Part shown: positions 12,238 to 21,889 of the stretch, piece by piece
Numbering within the stretch: position 1 is the stretch's first letter
How the letters are laid out: each line of letters begins with the position of its first letter
Made by a program: the position numbers and the translations under genes
NCBI GenBank assembly: GCA_963665125.2
Contig: CAXXUK010000002.1
Location: 768,001 to 832,000 of the forward strand
Length of the DNA stretch: 64,000 nt
Source of the DNA: an uncultured Desulfarculus sp.
Lineage (GTDB): Bacteria > Desulfobacterota > Desulfarculia > Desulfarculales > Desulfarculaceae
Direction: 5' to 3'
The notes under the pieces: generated by a model
Told to the model about the DNA's origin: nothing
What the model saw: the letters and a program-made list of their open reading frames with translations, nothing else
Database searches by the model: none

Positions 12238-13593
12238 GTGGGCATATTAAGTAAGTTTTTCGGCAAGGAAAAAACCAGGGACCGGCTGTTTGTCTTGAGC
12301 ATCGACGGCCTGCCCCATTCGTTTTTGACCCAGCCAAGGGGCGAGGCCCTGATGCCCAATCTCGTTGGGCTGACCGACGATGGAGCTTTCGGCCGGATGA
12401 ACTCGGTCCTGCCCACGGTGAGCAGTGTGGCCTGGGCCTGTTACGCCACCGGCGTAAATCCCGGCAAACACGGCGTTTTCGGCTTTGTGGACCGCCAGCC
12501 CAGCCCCTTTGAGACCTGGGTGCCCACGGCCAGGGATTTGAAGGCACCGGCCATCTGGGACCTCATGGGACGCACGGGCAAGGAAGTGGGTGTGATCAAC
12601 GTGCCGCTTTCGTATCCGCCCAAACAGGTCAACGGATTCATGATCAGCGGTTTTCTGAGCCCGGACGTGGCAAGCGCGGTGTATCCCATGGATCTGGCGC
12701 CCCGGCTGATTGAGCTTGATTACCGCATCGAGGCCGATACATCCCTGGCCGCCCAGGACCCCACGGCCTATCTGGCCGATCTGGGCGAAACCATGGGACG
12801 GCGCTTCAACGCGGCGTTTCAACTCATGCTCTCGCAGTCGTGGGACTTTTTCCATCTGCATATCATGGGCGGCGACCGGGTCAACCATTTCTATTGGGGC
12901 CAGTGGGAAGACGGCGGACCGGCAGCGGCCGGATTCGATGATTTTTACCGCCGCCTGGATTCGTACATCGGCGAACTGGCCCAACACCTGCCGCCCGGCT
13001 GCCGCTTGATGGTTTTGAGCGAGCACGGCTTCACCAGGGCCAAGGGCACGGTGTTCGTCAACCGCTGGCTGGAGGAAAACGGCTATCTTCACTTCAGTCG
13101 GGGCCGCAAGGAACTGCGCAACATGCACCCCGAGAGCAAGGCCTACAGCCTGGTGCCGGGCCGCATCTATATAAATCTGGAGGGCCGGGAAGAACGGGGC
13201 CGCGTCGCCAACGGCAAGCCCTATGAAGAGCTGCGGGAGGAGCTTGTCAACCGCCTGAGCGGCTTGCCTCATCCCGAAACCGGCCAGCCCGTGCTGGGCC
13301 GGGTCTTCCGGCGCGAGGAGATCTACAGCGGCCCGCACATCAGCCGGGCCCCGGATCTGATCATCGAACCCCTGAACGGCTACGACCTCAAGGCCAACCT
13401 CACCGGCCCTGGCGTGGTGGGCCCGCCAGAGCTTTCTGGGGTGCACACCTTTGACGACGCCTTCCTGTACATCGGCGGCAGCCAGACGCCCCTGGAGGAC
13501 GGACGGTTCTCCATCCTGGACGTGACGCCCACGGTTTTAAAGCTGATGAACATCGCCGCCCCCCAAAACATGGACGGCCGGTCCCTGTTATGA
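12238..13593 (+). CDS. alkaline phosphatase superfamily protein (type I phosphodiesterase/nucleotide pyrophosphatase)
   Basis: VLSIDG, PTVSSVAW..TGVNPGKHGVFGF, DRVNHFYW, LSEHGF, DVTPTVL. Confidence 0.88.
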   Translation: MGILSKFFGKEKTRDRLFVLSIDGLPHSFLTQPRGEALMPNLVGLTDDGAFGRMNSVLPTVSSVAWACYATGVNPGKHGVFGFVDRQPSPFETWVPTARDLKAPAIWDLMGRTGKEVGVINVPLSYPPKQVNGFMISGFLSPDVASAVYPMDLAPRLIELDYRIEADTSLAAQDPTAYLADLGETMGRRFNAAFQLMLSQSWDFFHLHIMGGDRVNHFYWGQWEDGGPAAAGFDDFYRRLDSYIGELAQHLPPGCRLMVLSEHGFTRAKGTVFVNRWLEENGYLHFSRGRKELRNMHPESKAYSLVPGRIYINLEGREERGRVANGKPYEELREELVNRLSGLPHPETGQPVLGRVFRREEIYSGPHISRAPDLIIEPLNGYDLKANLTGPGVVGPPELSGVHTFDDAFLYIGGSQTPLEDGRFSILDVTPTVLKLMNIAAPQNMDGRSLL

Positions 13594-14210
13594 GCGGGGC
13601 CTTCACGGTCTGGCTCACCGGCCCGCCCGCATCGGGCAAAACCACCCTGGCGGTCCTGCTGGCCGAGGCCCTGGAGGCGGCCGGGTTGGAAGTGCAGGTC
13701 CTGGACTGCGGCAGGCTGCACCGGGATTTCTTTCCGGGCGTGGTTTTCAGCCGCGAGGAACGCTCCCTGGTCACCCTGCGCATGGCCCGGTTGGCCCGGA
13801 TGCTCAATAAACACAATGTCTGCTGCGTGGTCTGTCAGATCGCGCCGTATGCCGCCGACCGTCTGGAGGCCCGGCGCATGATCGGCGAATATGTCGAGGC
13901 TCATCTGGACTGCCCCCTGGAGCAACTGGTCAACCGCGACCAAAGCGGCATCTACGCCAGGGCCCTGGCCGGAGAGGCCAAGGGCGTCACCGGAGTGGAC
14001 GATCCATACGAGGCCCCGGAAGACCCCGAAGTCGTTTGCCCCACCGACCGCCAGACGCCCAGACAAAGCACGGCGGCCATTCTGAATTATCTGTTGGAAG
14101 CCGGTTTGCTGGAGGGCGGGGTTGACCCGAACCCGGATGAAGGTCCGGCCTATACGCCCGAGCAGGAAAAAATTATTCGCCAGCGCCTGGCCGACCTGGG
14201 CTATATTTAG
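13590..14210 (+). CDS. cysC: adenylyl-sulfate (APS) kinase family protein
   Basis: VWLTGPPASGKTTLA P-loop, IAPY, GIYARA, TGVDDPYEAP; ATGA overlap with upstream gene. Confidence 0.82.
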   Translation: MSGAFTVWLTGPPASGKTTLAVLLAEALEAAGLEVQVLDCGRLHRDFFPGVVFSREERSLVTLRMARLARMLNKHNVCCVVCQIAPYAADRLEARRMIGEYVEAHLDCPLEQLVNRDQSGIYARALAGEAKGVTGVDDPYEAPEDPEVVCPTDRQTPRQSTAAILNYLLEAGLLEGGVDPNPDEGPAYTPEQEKIIRQRLADLGYI

Positions 14211-14258
14211 ACACTCAATTCAAATGTACTGATCAGACCTTCCAGGGGAGGCAAGGGC

Positions 14259-14609
14259 ATGAAAAGGTTCCTAGCGTTTCTTTTTGTCACGGCGCTGATG
14301 CTGATGGTTGGAAGCGCCGCTTTTGTCCAAGCCTAAGAGATTACGGGCGCGGTGAAGATCAATATCGTCTCGGACGTTGACGGCGCTCCATTGCCCGGCG
14401 TGGAATGCACCCTGAACTCTAGCTCGTTCAACCGCACGGTCGTAACCAATAGCGCGGGCATTGCGCTTTTCAGGGGGGTGAAGCCGGGCTGCTATTACCA
14501 GTTCAAGGCGACCTTGCCCGGCTTTGAAATCTATATCCGCGATGGCGTGATGGTTTCAATTGGCCAAACCATCACGTTTGATGTACGGCTGAAGTTGGCG
14601 AATCAATAG
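14259..14609 (+). pseudogene. secreted carboxypeptidase-regulatory-like domain protein with in-frame TAA at 14334-14336
   Basis: signal peptide MKRFLAFLFVTALMLMVGSAAFVQA, then stop, then EITGAVKINIVSDVDGAPLPGV...ATLPGF...VSIGQT in the same frame. Confidence 0.75.
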
Positions 14610-14616
14610 GCCCGGA

Positions 14617-15129
14617 TTAGAAACCTTCCTGGATAGCCTTTTCCACGGCCGGGATGTCGATGCTCAGCTCCTGCATGCCGATGATCTTGCCCCGGCTGTT
14701 CACAACGATCACCGTGGGCGTGGCGTCCAGCTCAAGGGCCTCGGCCAGGGGTTCGGCGTCGTTTGGTCCGCTGTCGAGGATCACCGGGCCGGGCAGAGCG
14801 TTTTTATGGGCATAGGCCTTGGCGGCCGGGGCCATGGCCGGGCCGTCGCAGTTGATCATGATCAGTTTGAACGGGTTGCCGTCGTAGCGCCGGGCCAATT
14901 CCAGCAGGCCGGGGGTGTACTTGCGGCAATAGGGACATGACACCGACCAGTAGATGATCAGGCCCACCTTGCCTTCCAAATCCGTTTTCAGGTCGTGACT
15001 GCCGCCGTCGGTGTCGGGCAGGTTAAGCGCGGGCAGTTCTCCGCCGGGCGCGACCATGGCCGCAGCGGGCCCGGCCAGAATCAGCGCTACGCAAAAAATA
15101 AAAATTCCACCAATCAGTGCCTTGAACAT
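14617..15129 (-). CDS. TlpA-family thiol:disulfide oxidoreductase with signal peptide
   Basis: WSVSCPYC redoxin motif, TPT cis-Pro loop. Confidence 0.85.
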   Translation of the reverse strand: MFKALIGGIFIFCVALILAGPAAAMVAPGGELPALNLPDTDGGSHDLKTDLEGKVGLIIYWSVSCPYCRKYTPGLLELARRYDGNPFKLIMINCDGPAMAPAAKAYAHKNALPGPVILDSGPNDAEPLAEALELDATPTVIVVNSRGKIIGMQELSIDIPAVEKAIQEGF

Positions 15130-15248
15130 GAATCGCCCTCATGGCTTACTATGAACATTGTTAACACAAAAGGCTCCGGCGGCTCCGCCTTCACTCTAGC
15201 AGAGGCCATGGCGGCATGCAAAGCCGACAACGGCCGCAAGGCTCGCGG

Positions 15249-16055
15249 ATGATCAAAATCAGCCAGTATGAACAAGTAACCCAGTATCTGCTGGGCACCG
15301 AGCACGACGGCAACGTGCTTTACTGGTGCGCCTGCTACCAGATCGACGACCTGCTCATCGACACCGGCCACCCCCACGGCGCGGCCGAGCTGTTAAAGGC
15401 CCTGGACGGCCGGGGCGTCAAGCGGGCCGTGATCACCCACCACCACGAGGACCATATCGGAGCCAACGCCCTGCTGCGCGATGAACTGGGCGTGGAACTG
15501 TTCGCTCCGGAAAGCTCCCTGGAACTGATCGAAAAGGGCTTTCCCCTGAAATTCTACCAGGAGTTGGTCTGGGGCCATCCCCAATCCAGCAGGCCGCGGC
15601 CCCTGGGCGATACGGTGTCCACGGCCAACTACAGCCTGCAAGTCATCCCGGCGCCGGGTCACAGCCACGACCATGTCATCTTCTTCGAGCCCCGCAAACG
15701 CTGGGCCTTTACCGGCGACGTTTATTTCGTCCTGGAGCCAAAGACCGCCCGGGCCGATGAAAATTTCGCCCAGGGCCTGGAATCATTAAAGCGCCTGCGG
15801 GCCCTGGAGCCAGAGGTGCTGTTCACCGGCCTGGGCGATATCGTCACAGATGCCTCCGGGGCCCTGGACCATTGCATTGCCTATCTGGAGCGTACGGCCG
15901 CTGAAATCGCCGCCTTGGCCGCCGACGGCCTGGAGCCCCCGCTGATTGTGGAACGGCTGTTCGGCCGGGAGAGCAGCCTGCGCGAAATGACCGAAGGCCA
16001 CATGTCATACGAGAACTTTGTAAAGGCCTTTACCGAACAGGAAAAAACCACCTGA
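15249..16055 (+). CDS. MBL-fold metallo-hydrolase
   Basis: LLIDTG, THHHEDHIG, PGHSHDH, FTGD. Confidence 0.9.
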   Translation: MIKISQYEQVTQYLLGTEHDGNVLYWCACYQIDDLLIDTGHPHGAAELLKALDGRGVKRAVITHHHEDHIGANALLRDELGVELFAPESSLELIEKGFPLKFYQELVWGHPQSSRPRPLGDTVSTANYSLQVIPAPGHSHDHVIFFEPRKRWAFTGDVYFVLEPKTARADENFAQGLESLKRLRALEPEVLFTGLGDIVTDASGALDHCIAYLERTAAEIAALAADGLEPPLIVERLFGRESSLREMTEGHMSYENFVKAFTEQEKTT

Positions 16056-16179
16056 GCGCTTGCAAAGCGTCTTGTATTCGGAGTTGCCGGCAAAGTAAAT
16101 TAGAAAACCGGAAGGATCACGGGCGCGTCAGCCCTCAAGCGCCCCCGGATTTAAATTAAAACCAAGGGAGGAGACCACA

Positions 16180-16929
16180 GTGTTGAAAAAGAGTTTGAGC
16201 ATGCTGACCGTCGTGCTGTTTGCCGCCATGTGTCTATGCGCGGCGGCAGTGGCCGCCGACACCGCCGCCATGATGAAACAGGCGGATGATGCCTGGGCCC
16301 AAAGGGCCGACAAGGCCAAGACCCAGGAAGCCGCCGATCTGTACGAAGCTATTTTGGTCGAAGAGCCCACCAACTATGACGCTGCCTGGAAGGCCGCCAA
16401 GGCCCTCTACCGGGTCGGCGACAAGGGACCCGACGACGCCAAGGAAGCCACCTTTGAAAAGGCCGTGAATTTGGCCAAAAAAGCCGTGCAGATCAAACCA
16501 GACGATCCCATGGGCCACTACTGGCTGGGCGTTGTCTACGGCCAGTACGGCAAGGCCAAGGGCATCAGCAAGAGCCTGAGCCTGGTCGATCCCATCAAGG
16601 AAGAGATGGCCTTTGTCATTAGCAAGGACCCCAAATTTGAAGGCGGCGGCGCCCAGCGCGTTCTGGGCCGTTTGTACTTCAAGCTGCCCGGCCTGTTCGG
16701 CGGCGACAATGACAAGTCCATCGAATACCTCGAGGAAGCCGTCAAGATCGGCCCCAACTACTACCTGAATCACGTATTCCTGGCCGAAACCCTGGCCGAC
16801 GAGGGCGAGGATGAGCGCGCCGAGAAACTGCTGAACCAAGTAATCAACGCCAATGATCCTCCCGCTGGTTTGGAGCCGGAAATGGCCGACTGGAAAGCCG
16901 AGGCCAAGCGCGTGCTGGAAGACATGTAG
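16180..16929 (+). CDS. periplasmic TPR protein (TatT-like)
   Basis: signal peptide, TPR-like helices, GRLYFKLPGLFGGD; GGGAGGAG RBS. Confidence 0.75.
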   Translation: MLKKSLSMLTVVLFAAMCLCAAAVAADTAAMMKQADDAWAQRADKAKTQEAADLYEAILVEEPTNYDAAWKAAKALYRVGDKGPDDAKEATFEKAVNLAKKAVQIKPDDPMGHYWLGVVYGQYGKAKGISKSLSLVDPIKEEMAFVISKDPKFEGGGAQRVLGRLYFKLPGLFGGDNDKSIEYLEEAVKIGPNYYLNHVFLAETLADEGEDERAEKLLNQVINANDPPAGLEPEMADWKAEAKRVLEDM

Positions 16930-17011
16930 CACGTCACCGGTTTTTATAGGACAATAAAGGACCGGCTCCGATGTGGGGCCGGTCCTCCTATTTCAGCCCA
17001 GGGAAGCAACT

Positions 17012-17206
17012 ATGCGCAAACCAGTTTTGGACATCGCCGAATGCACCATGTGCGAAGGCTGCCTGGCCGTGGCCCCCGAAGTGTTTGAACTTAACCCTGC
17101 CGGAGGGTACATTGAAGTCAGGGATCTGGAGCAATATCCCGAAGACGCCGTGCAGGAGGCCATTGCCGTCTGCCCGGCCGGGTGTATCCAATGGCAGGAG
17201 GACTAA
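17012..17206 (+). CDS. ferredoxin (single cluster)
   Basis: CTMCEGC ... CPAGCI. Confidence 0.88.
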   Translation: MRKPVLDIAECTMCEGCLAVAPEVFELNPAGGYIEVRDLEQYPEDAVQEAIAVCPAGCIQWQED

Positions 17207-17212
17207 AAGCGC

Positions 17213-17824
17213 ATGAAACAGTGGAAATGCACGGTCTGCGGCTATATCCACCAAGGCAAGTACCCGCCTGAAAAATGCCCCCAGTGCGGGGCGGACATCA
17301 ACCGTTTCATCCTTCTGGAGGAGTTGCCCGCCGAGCTTGAAAAGATGCTCCGGGAGGCCTTTGCCGGGGAGGCCAAGGCCCATGTGCGCAACCTGGCTTT
17401 CGCCCGCCAGGCCAGGGCCGAAGGCTATGAAGACATCGCCAGGCTGTTCGAGGCCGTGGCCGAGGCCGAGCGGGTTCATGCCGATGAATACCTGGTGTTT
17501 TTGCAGGGGGTCGTTGGTTCAACCGAGGAAAACCTGAAAAGGGCCTTTGAAAACGAGATGGCCGCCAAACAGGATTATTATCCGCCGATCATCAAACAGG
17601 CCTTTGACCAAAAGCGCGAGGACGTGGCCTACGCCCTGGTCCGGGCCAGGGACGTGGAGGGGCGTCACGCCCAGCTCTACAAGGAAGCTCTGAACGCCAT
17701 GGTCAACGACCGTGAGCTGACCTACCATGTCTGCGAGGTCTGCGGATACGTGTTCGACGATGAACCGCCCGAGGAATGCCCGGTGTGCCGGGCGGCCAGG
17801 GCCACCTTCAAGCGCATAGGTTAA
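17213..17824 (+). CDS. rubrerythrin-family protein with N- and C-terminal rubredoxin-like domains
   Basis: WKCTVCGY..CPQCG; AFAGE; EAERVHA; EGRH; CEVCGY..CPVC. Confidence 0.9.
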   Translation: MKQWKCTVCGYIHQGKYPPEKCPQCGADINRFILLEELPAELEKMLREAFAGEAKAHVRNLAFARQARAEGYEDIARLFEAVAEAERVHADEYLVFLQGVVGSTEENLKRAFENEMAAKQDYYPPIIKQAFDQKREDVAYALVRARDVEGRHAQLYKEALNAMVNDRELTYHVCEVCGYVFDDEPPEECPVCRAARATFKRIG

Positions 17825-18982
17825 ATGGTTGCGGCCATGAGCGACGCCTCGCCCATCGAATTCGTCCGTTTGCTCAAGGACCAGGCCTGCGGCAAGGGCC
17901 TGTGCAATGCGGCCTTTTTCGTGGGCTCGGGCTTTTCCAAGGCCTGGGATAGCCGCTCACCGGGCAGCAGCGAGTTGTTCACCATCGACGTGGCTCAACT
18001 GGATGTGGACCGGCGTCTGCCCCGGCTGATGTCCTATCTGGAATCCCACGGCTACGAGGCCGCCCCGCGCATAACCCCGGCCATGCTCAAGGACCTTATC
18101 TATCAGCTCAACATGCAGCTCAAGTATCCGGAGATCCGCAGCCGCTATGTTGACGACCAGAATCTGCACCTGGTCCAAAACGAGATCAAGGCCCTGATCC
18201 ATCTGAACTTTGAGCAATCACTGCCATTGGACTACTGGGACGAGAATTTGGGCAAGCTGCCATTGCCGGAAAGGCCTTCGGGGAACCAGAGCGCCATCCT
18301 GGACTTCTTCCGCCTGATCGATTCCCTGGAGGACTGCACGGCCCCCTGGCCCAGGGGCGTGCGGCATCATTTCATCACCACCAACTATGATTTTATTATC
18401 GAAACCATCCTCGACGGCGTTTTGCCGCCCCAGGAAAGCTATCACCGCCACAGCTACCGGGGATTCACGCCGGGCAGCGTCTCGGGCCGCAGCGACATCC
18501 CCGGCGTGCAGGCCCATTGGATGGTGGATCAGCTTCTGAAGATCAACGGAGGGTTCGAGATCCTGCGCGGCGACACGGGCAACTACTGCCTGGAATACCG
18601 CCGCCGCAGCCTGGAGCAGGTGGCCGCCCACGCGCCCATCATCATGCCGCCCAGCCGGGAGCAGAACTACGATGACCCGTATTTCCGGGCCCTGTTCACC
18701 AAGGCCGTGCGCCTGTTGCAGGAATGCCAGATTCTGGTCATCGTGGGCTACAGCTTTACGGTGGAAGACTCGCTGCTGCGCTTTTTGCTGCGCCAGTTCG
18801 CCGAAACGGCCGCCGACGCCCGCAACAAGGTGATCTTTTATGTGGGCCGCACCAAGAGCGCGTCCCAAAAAGACAAGATCACCGCCGTGTTCCCCTGGTT
18901 TCAGCAATCCGGCCCGGAACGCATCTTCACCTACAGCAAGGGTTTCACCAATTGGGCCAAGGCCGTACTCAGCGAGATGTGA
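17825..18982 (+). CDS. SIR2-like (SIR2_2) domain protein
   Basis: FFVGSGFSKA, ITTNYD, LLKINGG, IMPP, IVGYSF motif series; alternative start at 17837. Confidence 0.8.
   Translation: MVAAMSDASPIEFVRLLKDQACGKGLCNAAFFVGSGFSKAWDSRSPGSSELFTIDVAQLDVDRRLPRLMSYLESHGYEAAPRITPAMLKDLIYQLNMQLKYPEIRSRYVDDQNLHLVQNEIKALIHLNFEQSLPLDYWDENLGKLPLPERPSGNQSAILDFFRLIDSLEDCTAPWPRGVRHHFITTNYDFIIETILDGVLPPQESYHRHSYRGFTPGSVSGRSDIPGVQAHWMVDQLLKINGGFEILRGDTGNYCLEYRRRSLEQVAAHAPIIMPPSREQNYDDPYFRALFTKAVRLLQECQILVIVGYSFTVEDSLLRFLLRQFAETAADARNKVIFYVGRTKSASQKDKITAVFPWFQQSGPERIFTYSKGFTNWAKAVLSEM
18941..18978 (+). repeat. 38-bp direct repeat, copy 1 (3' end of SIR2 gene)
   Basis: 34/38 identical to 20637-20674 by manual alignment. 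Confidence 0.85.
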
Positions 18983-18998
18983 AGAAGCTATAAAGACA

Positions 18999-20009
18999 AT
19001 GAAAGTTTATAAGTACCGCAGTCATCAATATTTGAAAGAATATCTAAAAGATATTGGTGGTAATAGAGCTTGGTTCGCTAAAATTTCCTCTCTGAATGAT
19101 CCCTCCGAAGCAAAGATTAATAAACGTGGTGATTTTTTTGACCTTTCAAAAGAAATCGCTTTTTTATTAGAGATTGGTGATAAAGGAAGTGTAGGTCAGT
19201 CCGCAATTAATGTGTCAGAGCAGTTTGCTAAGCTCCTTTGTCAAATCAAGCATTATGGAGTTTATTCAACTAGTAAAAGATGGGATGACGAAATTATGTG
19301 GGCGTGCTATGCGGATTCTCACAAGGGGATTTGTATAGAGTATGACCTAGAGTGGCTATTAACTTTTCACTGCCAAAAAACAATGTATTCAGTAGATGTT
19401 AACTATCAAGAATTCGTACCGGTAATTGATTTGTTAAAATGTGTGATGGAGCAACCCCAAAATATAATTTGGTTGTTGAAGAAAATAATAGGCGTGAAAT
19501 CAATATCATGGCAGCACGAGGATGAATTGAGATTGCTTGCTGAGCCCCATGGTTCAGTTGAATATGATTTCCGAGCTATAACGGCAATATATTTTGGTTG
19601 TAAAGCTGAAAGTGAACTCAGACTATCCGTAATGGAAACCTTTAAAGACAGAGATATTGATTATTATTTAGTAGAACCAGAAAGATATTCGTATACTTTT
19701 AAACGCACAGAAGTGCCTGATCCATTTACAAGTAAAAACAGATATCCATATTCTGTTGCTCCCGTAGAGCAACATGCAATATTGATAACAGAAGAAACGC
19801 GCCCCTATGAAAGGTTAATTAATAAAGCGGTTGAATTAGTATGCCAATCTCAACTTTGCAAACAAGTTGATTTTGCAGAAGTTTATTTTTCCAAAGATAC
19901 TAAAAAGATTCCAACTGTTTATATTGATTTCAGAGACCAGTTGAATGAAGTGAGAAGGTGGATCATTTCAGAGGAGCTAATAGATATACATAACCAGAGA
20001 TCATCATAA
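18999..20009 (+). CDS. DUF2971-like protein (AT-rich, probably horizontally acquired)
   Basis: YKYR, SSLNDPSE, MWACYADSHKGICIEYD, KSISWQHEDELR, AIYFG. Confidence 0.82.
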   Translation: MKVYKYRSHQYLKEYLKDIGGNRAWFAKISSLNDPSEAKINKRGDFFDLSKEIAFLLEIGDKGSVGQSAINVSEQFAKLLCQIKHYGVYSTSKRWDDEIMWACYADSHKGICIEYDLEWLLTFHCQKTMYSVDVNYQEFVPVIDLLKCVMEQPQNIIWLLKKIIGVKSISWQHEDELRLLAEPHGSVEYDFRAITAIYFGCKAESELRLSVMETFKDRDIDYYLVEPERYSYTFKRTEVPDPFTSKNRYPYSVAPVEQHAILITEETRPYERLINKAVELVCQSQLCKQVDFAEVYFSKDTKKIPTVYIDFRDQLNEVRRWIISEELIDIHNQRSS

Positions 20010-20621
20010 TTAGTTTATGCCCCCCACCGTGTCCACGAATACGGTGGCCAGCACGGCAAGGTACTCGAATTCCAGGAAATTGGTGGCGGTAAGGTCGAAG
20101 AGCAGACGGCAGGTGGCCGGGAACTCGGCGTCGCCGGGATACAGCACCACCTGCACCGGCAGCTTGGGCAACAGCTCGATGATCCAGCTCCGGCCGCCAG
20201 AGCCCGTCTCGCCGCCTGGCCGTGCGCCCATCCGGGCCAGGGCCGCGGCAAAGCCGCCGGGGTCCTTGCCGGCGGAGCGGGCCAGACGAGATTCCAGGCG
20301 TGCGCCGGAATAGCTGCTCTGGGCTGGAACAAGCTTGGTGAGTTGATCCAGGGGCACGAAGCGTCCGGCGGATTCTCCCATGCAGCGGTACATTATATAT
20401 CCTGCCAAGACCGAGCCATGCACCGGGTGAACCGGCTTGCCGTCGGTGCGGGTCACGCCGCTTTTTTCCAGCAGATAGAGGCGCCCCAGCATTGGGATCT
20501 CCACCTGGCCGTTATCGCGGAGCCTCAGGCCCATGTCCGATGCCGCGGCCCGCACCGGAAAGCGGCGCAGGCGCTCCAGCAGATCGCGGTAAATGATGTC
20601 GCGGCCCGGTTCATCGACCAT
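20010..20621 (-). CDS. DUF3786-family protein
   Basis: LPKLPVQVVLYPGDAEFPATCRLLFD motif; paralogue of next gene. Confidence 0.8.
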   Translation of the reverse strand: MVDEPGRDIIYRDLLERLRRFPVRAAASDMGLRLRDNGQVEIPMLGRLYLLEKSGVTRTDGKPVHPVHGSVLAGYIMYRCMGESAGRFVPLDQLTKLVPAQSSYSGARLESRLARSAGKDPGGFAAALARMGARPGGETGSGGRSWIIELLPKLPVQVVLYPGDAEFPATCRLLFDLTATNFLEFEYLAVLATVFVDTVGGIN

Positions 20622-20636
20622 GAAATTTCCTATACC

Positions 20637-20674
20637 GGTTTAACCATCTGGGCCAAGGCCGTGCTCAGCGAGAT
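20637..20674 (+). repeat. 38-bp direct repeat, copy 2 (duplicated SIR2 tail)
   Basis: reads GLTIWAKAVLSE versus GFTNWAKAVLSE at the SIR2 C-terminus. Confidence 0.85.
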
Positions 20675-21285
20675 ATAGCCAGGGCGGCAACCGTGTCCAC
20701 GAAAACCGTGGTCAGGGTGGACAGGTGATTGAATTCCAGAAAATTGATGGCAACAGGATCATAGAGTAGGCGGCAGGTGGCCGGAAATTCATCGTCGCCG
20801 GGGTAGAACACCACCTGGGCCGGCAGCTTGGGCAACGGCTCGATAAGCCAGCTATGGCCGCCGGAGCCCACCTCGCCGCCGGGCCGGGCGCCCATGCTTT
20901 CCAAGGCCAGGGCAAAGGCCTGCGGGTTGTTGTCGGCAATCCGGGTCAGGCGCGCTTCCAGCTTGACCACGGCGTGGCTGATCTTGCCCGGAACCCGCTC
21001 GGTGAGGTGACCCAGGGGCACATAGCTCCCGGTGGGCCGGCCCGCGCCCCGGCGCATCAGATAGCCGGCCAACACCAGGCCTTGCATGGTGGATACGGGC
21101 GCTTCGTCGACGTGGCTGACGCCGTTTTGGCCAACCAGATAGAGGCTGCCCAGCATGGGTATCTCCGCCTGGCCGGTGTCTCGGCAGTTTAGCCCCATTT
21201 CCCCGGCCGTGGCTGCGATTGGAAAGGTCCGCAACCGCTCCAGCAGATTGCGGTAGATTATCTCATGGTCCAGATCCTCAGACAT
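20665..21285 (-). CDS. DUF3786-family protein
   Basis: PLPKLPAQVVFYPGDDEFPATCRLLYD. Confidence 0.8.
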   Translation of the reverse strand: MSEDLDHEIIYRNLLERLRTFPIAATAGEMGLNCRDTGQAEIPMLGSLYLVGQNGVSHVDEAPVSTMQGLVLAGYLMRRGAGRPTGSYVPLGHLTERVPGKISHAVVKLEARLTRIADNNPQAFALALESMGARPGGEVGSGGHSWLIEPLPKLPAQVVFYPGDDEFPATCRLLYDPVAINFLEFNHLSTLTTVFVDTVAALAISR

Positions 21286-21293
21286 GGCTCCCC

Positions 21294-21887
21294 TTACAGA
21301 TTCTTGACCATCGTGGCATATCCCTGGAAATCGAAAAACACGCCCAGCATGGGCTCCCTTTTACGCTCGGTCACTTGAAAGCCGTGGCGCTGGTAGAGCC
21401 TCTCGGCTCCGTCATTGCCCTTGATCACCTCCAGGCGGACGGACGACAGGCCATTTGAGCGGGCCAACTCGTCAAGGCGCTTTAGCAACCCGCCGCCAAC
21501 ACCAAATCCCCGGAATCCGGCGTCCACGGCAATGGCGTCAACCAGCAGTTCATTTTTCCGTGGCTTTTCATCGAACAGGCTCAGTAAAACCATGGCCCGC
21601 ACGGCCCGGCCCAGACCCAGGCTGTGGCGCATGGCGTTAAAACGCCAATTGCCCGCGAAGCATGTTTTCATGTCGTGAAAACCGGCCACGCCCACCAATT
21701 GACCGCCCTGGATGGCCACAACGGCCAAATGCGGCACAATGGAGGCGGCTATCAACTCAACGCGCTTGGCCGGGTCCTTGATCATGGGGCCAAACTTTTG
21801 GATGAACGCCTGATCATAGAGCAGGGCGGCCTGATGGCGCATGGCCTCGGGCAGTCCCAGACGGTATTGAATGGTTTGGCCGTCCAA
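21294..21887 (-). CDS. GNAT-family N-acetyltransferase
   Basis: IAVDAGFRGFGVGGGLL, LEVIKGNDGAERLYQRHGF. Confidence 0.9.
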   Translation of the reverse strand: MDGQTIQYRLGLPEAMRHQAALLYDQAFIQKFGPMIKDPAKRVELIAASIVPHLAVVAIQGGQLVGVAGFHDMKTCFAGNWRFNAMRHSLGLGRAVRAMVLLSLFDEKPRKNELLVDAIAVDAGFRGFGVGGGLLKRLDELARSNGLSSVRLEVIKGNDGAERLYQRHGFQVTERKREPMLGVFFDFQGYATMVKNL

Positions 21888-21889
21888 GC

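Noticed and set aside
14334..14336. Stop-codon recoding in the secreted protein
   Set aside because: Codon is TAA, not TGA/TAG, and not at a catalytic position
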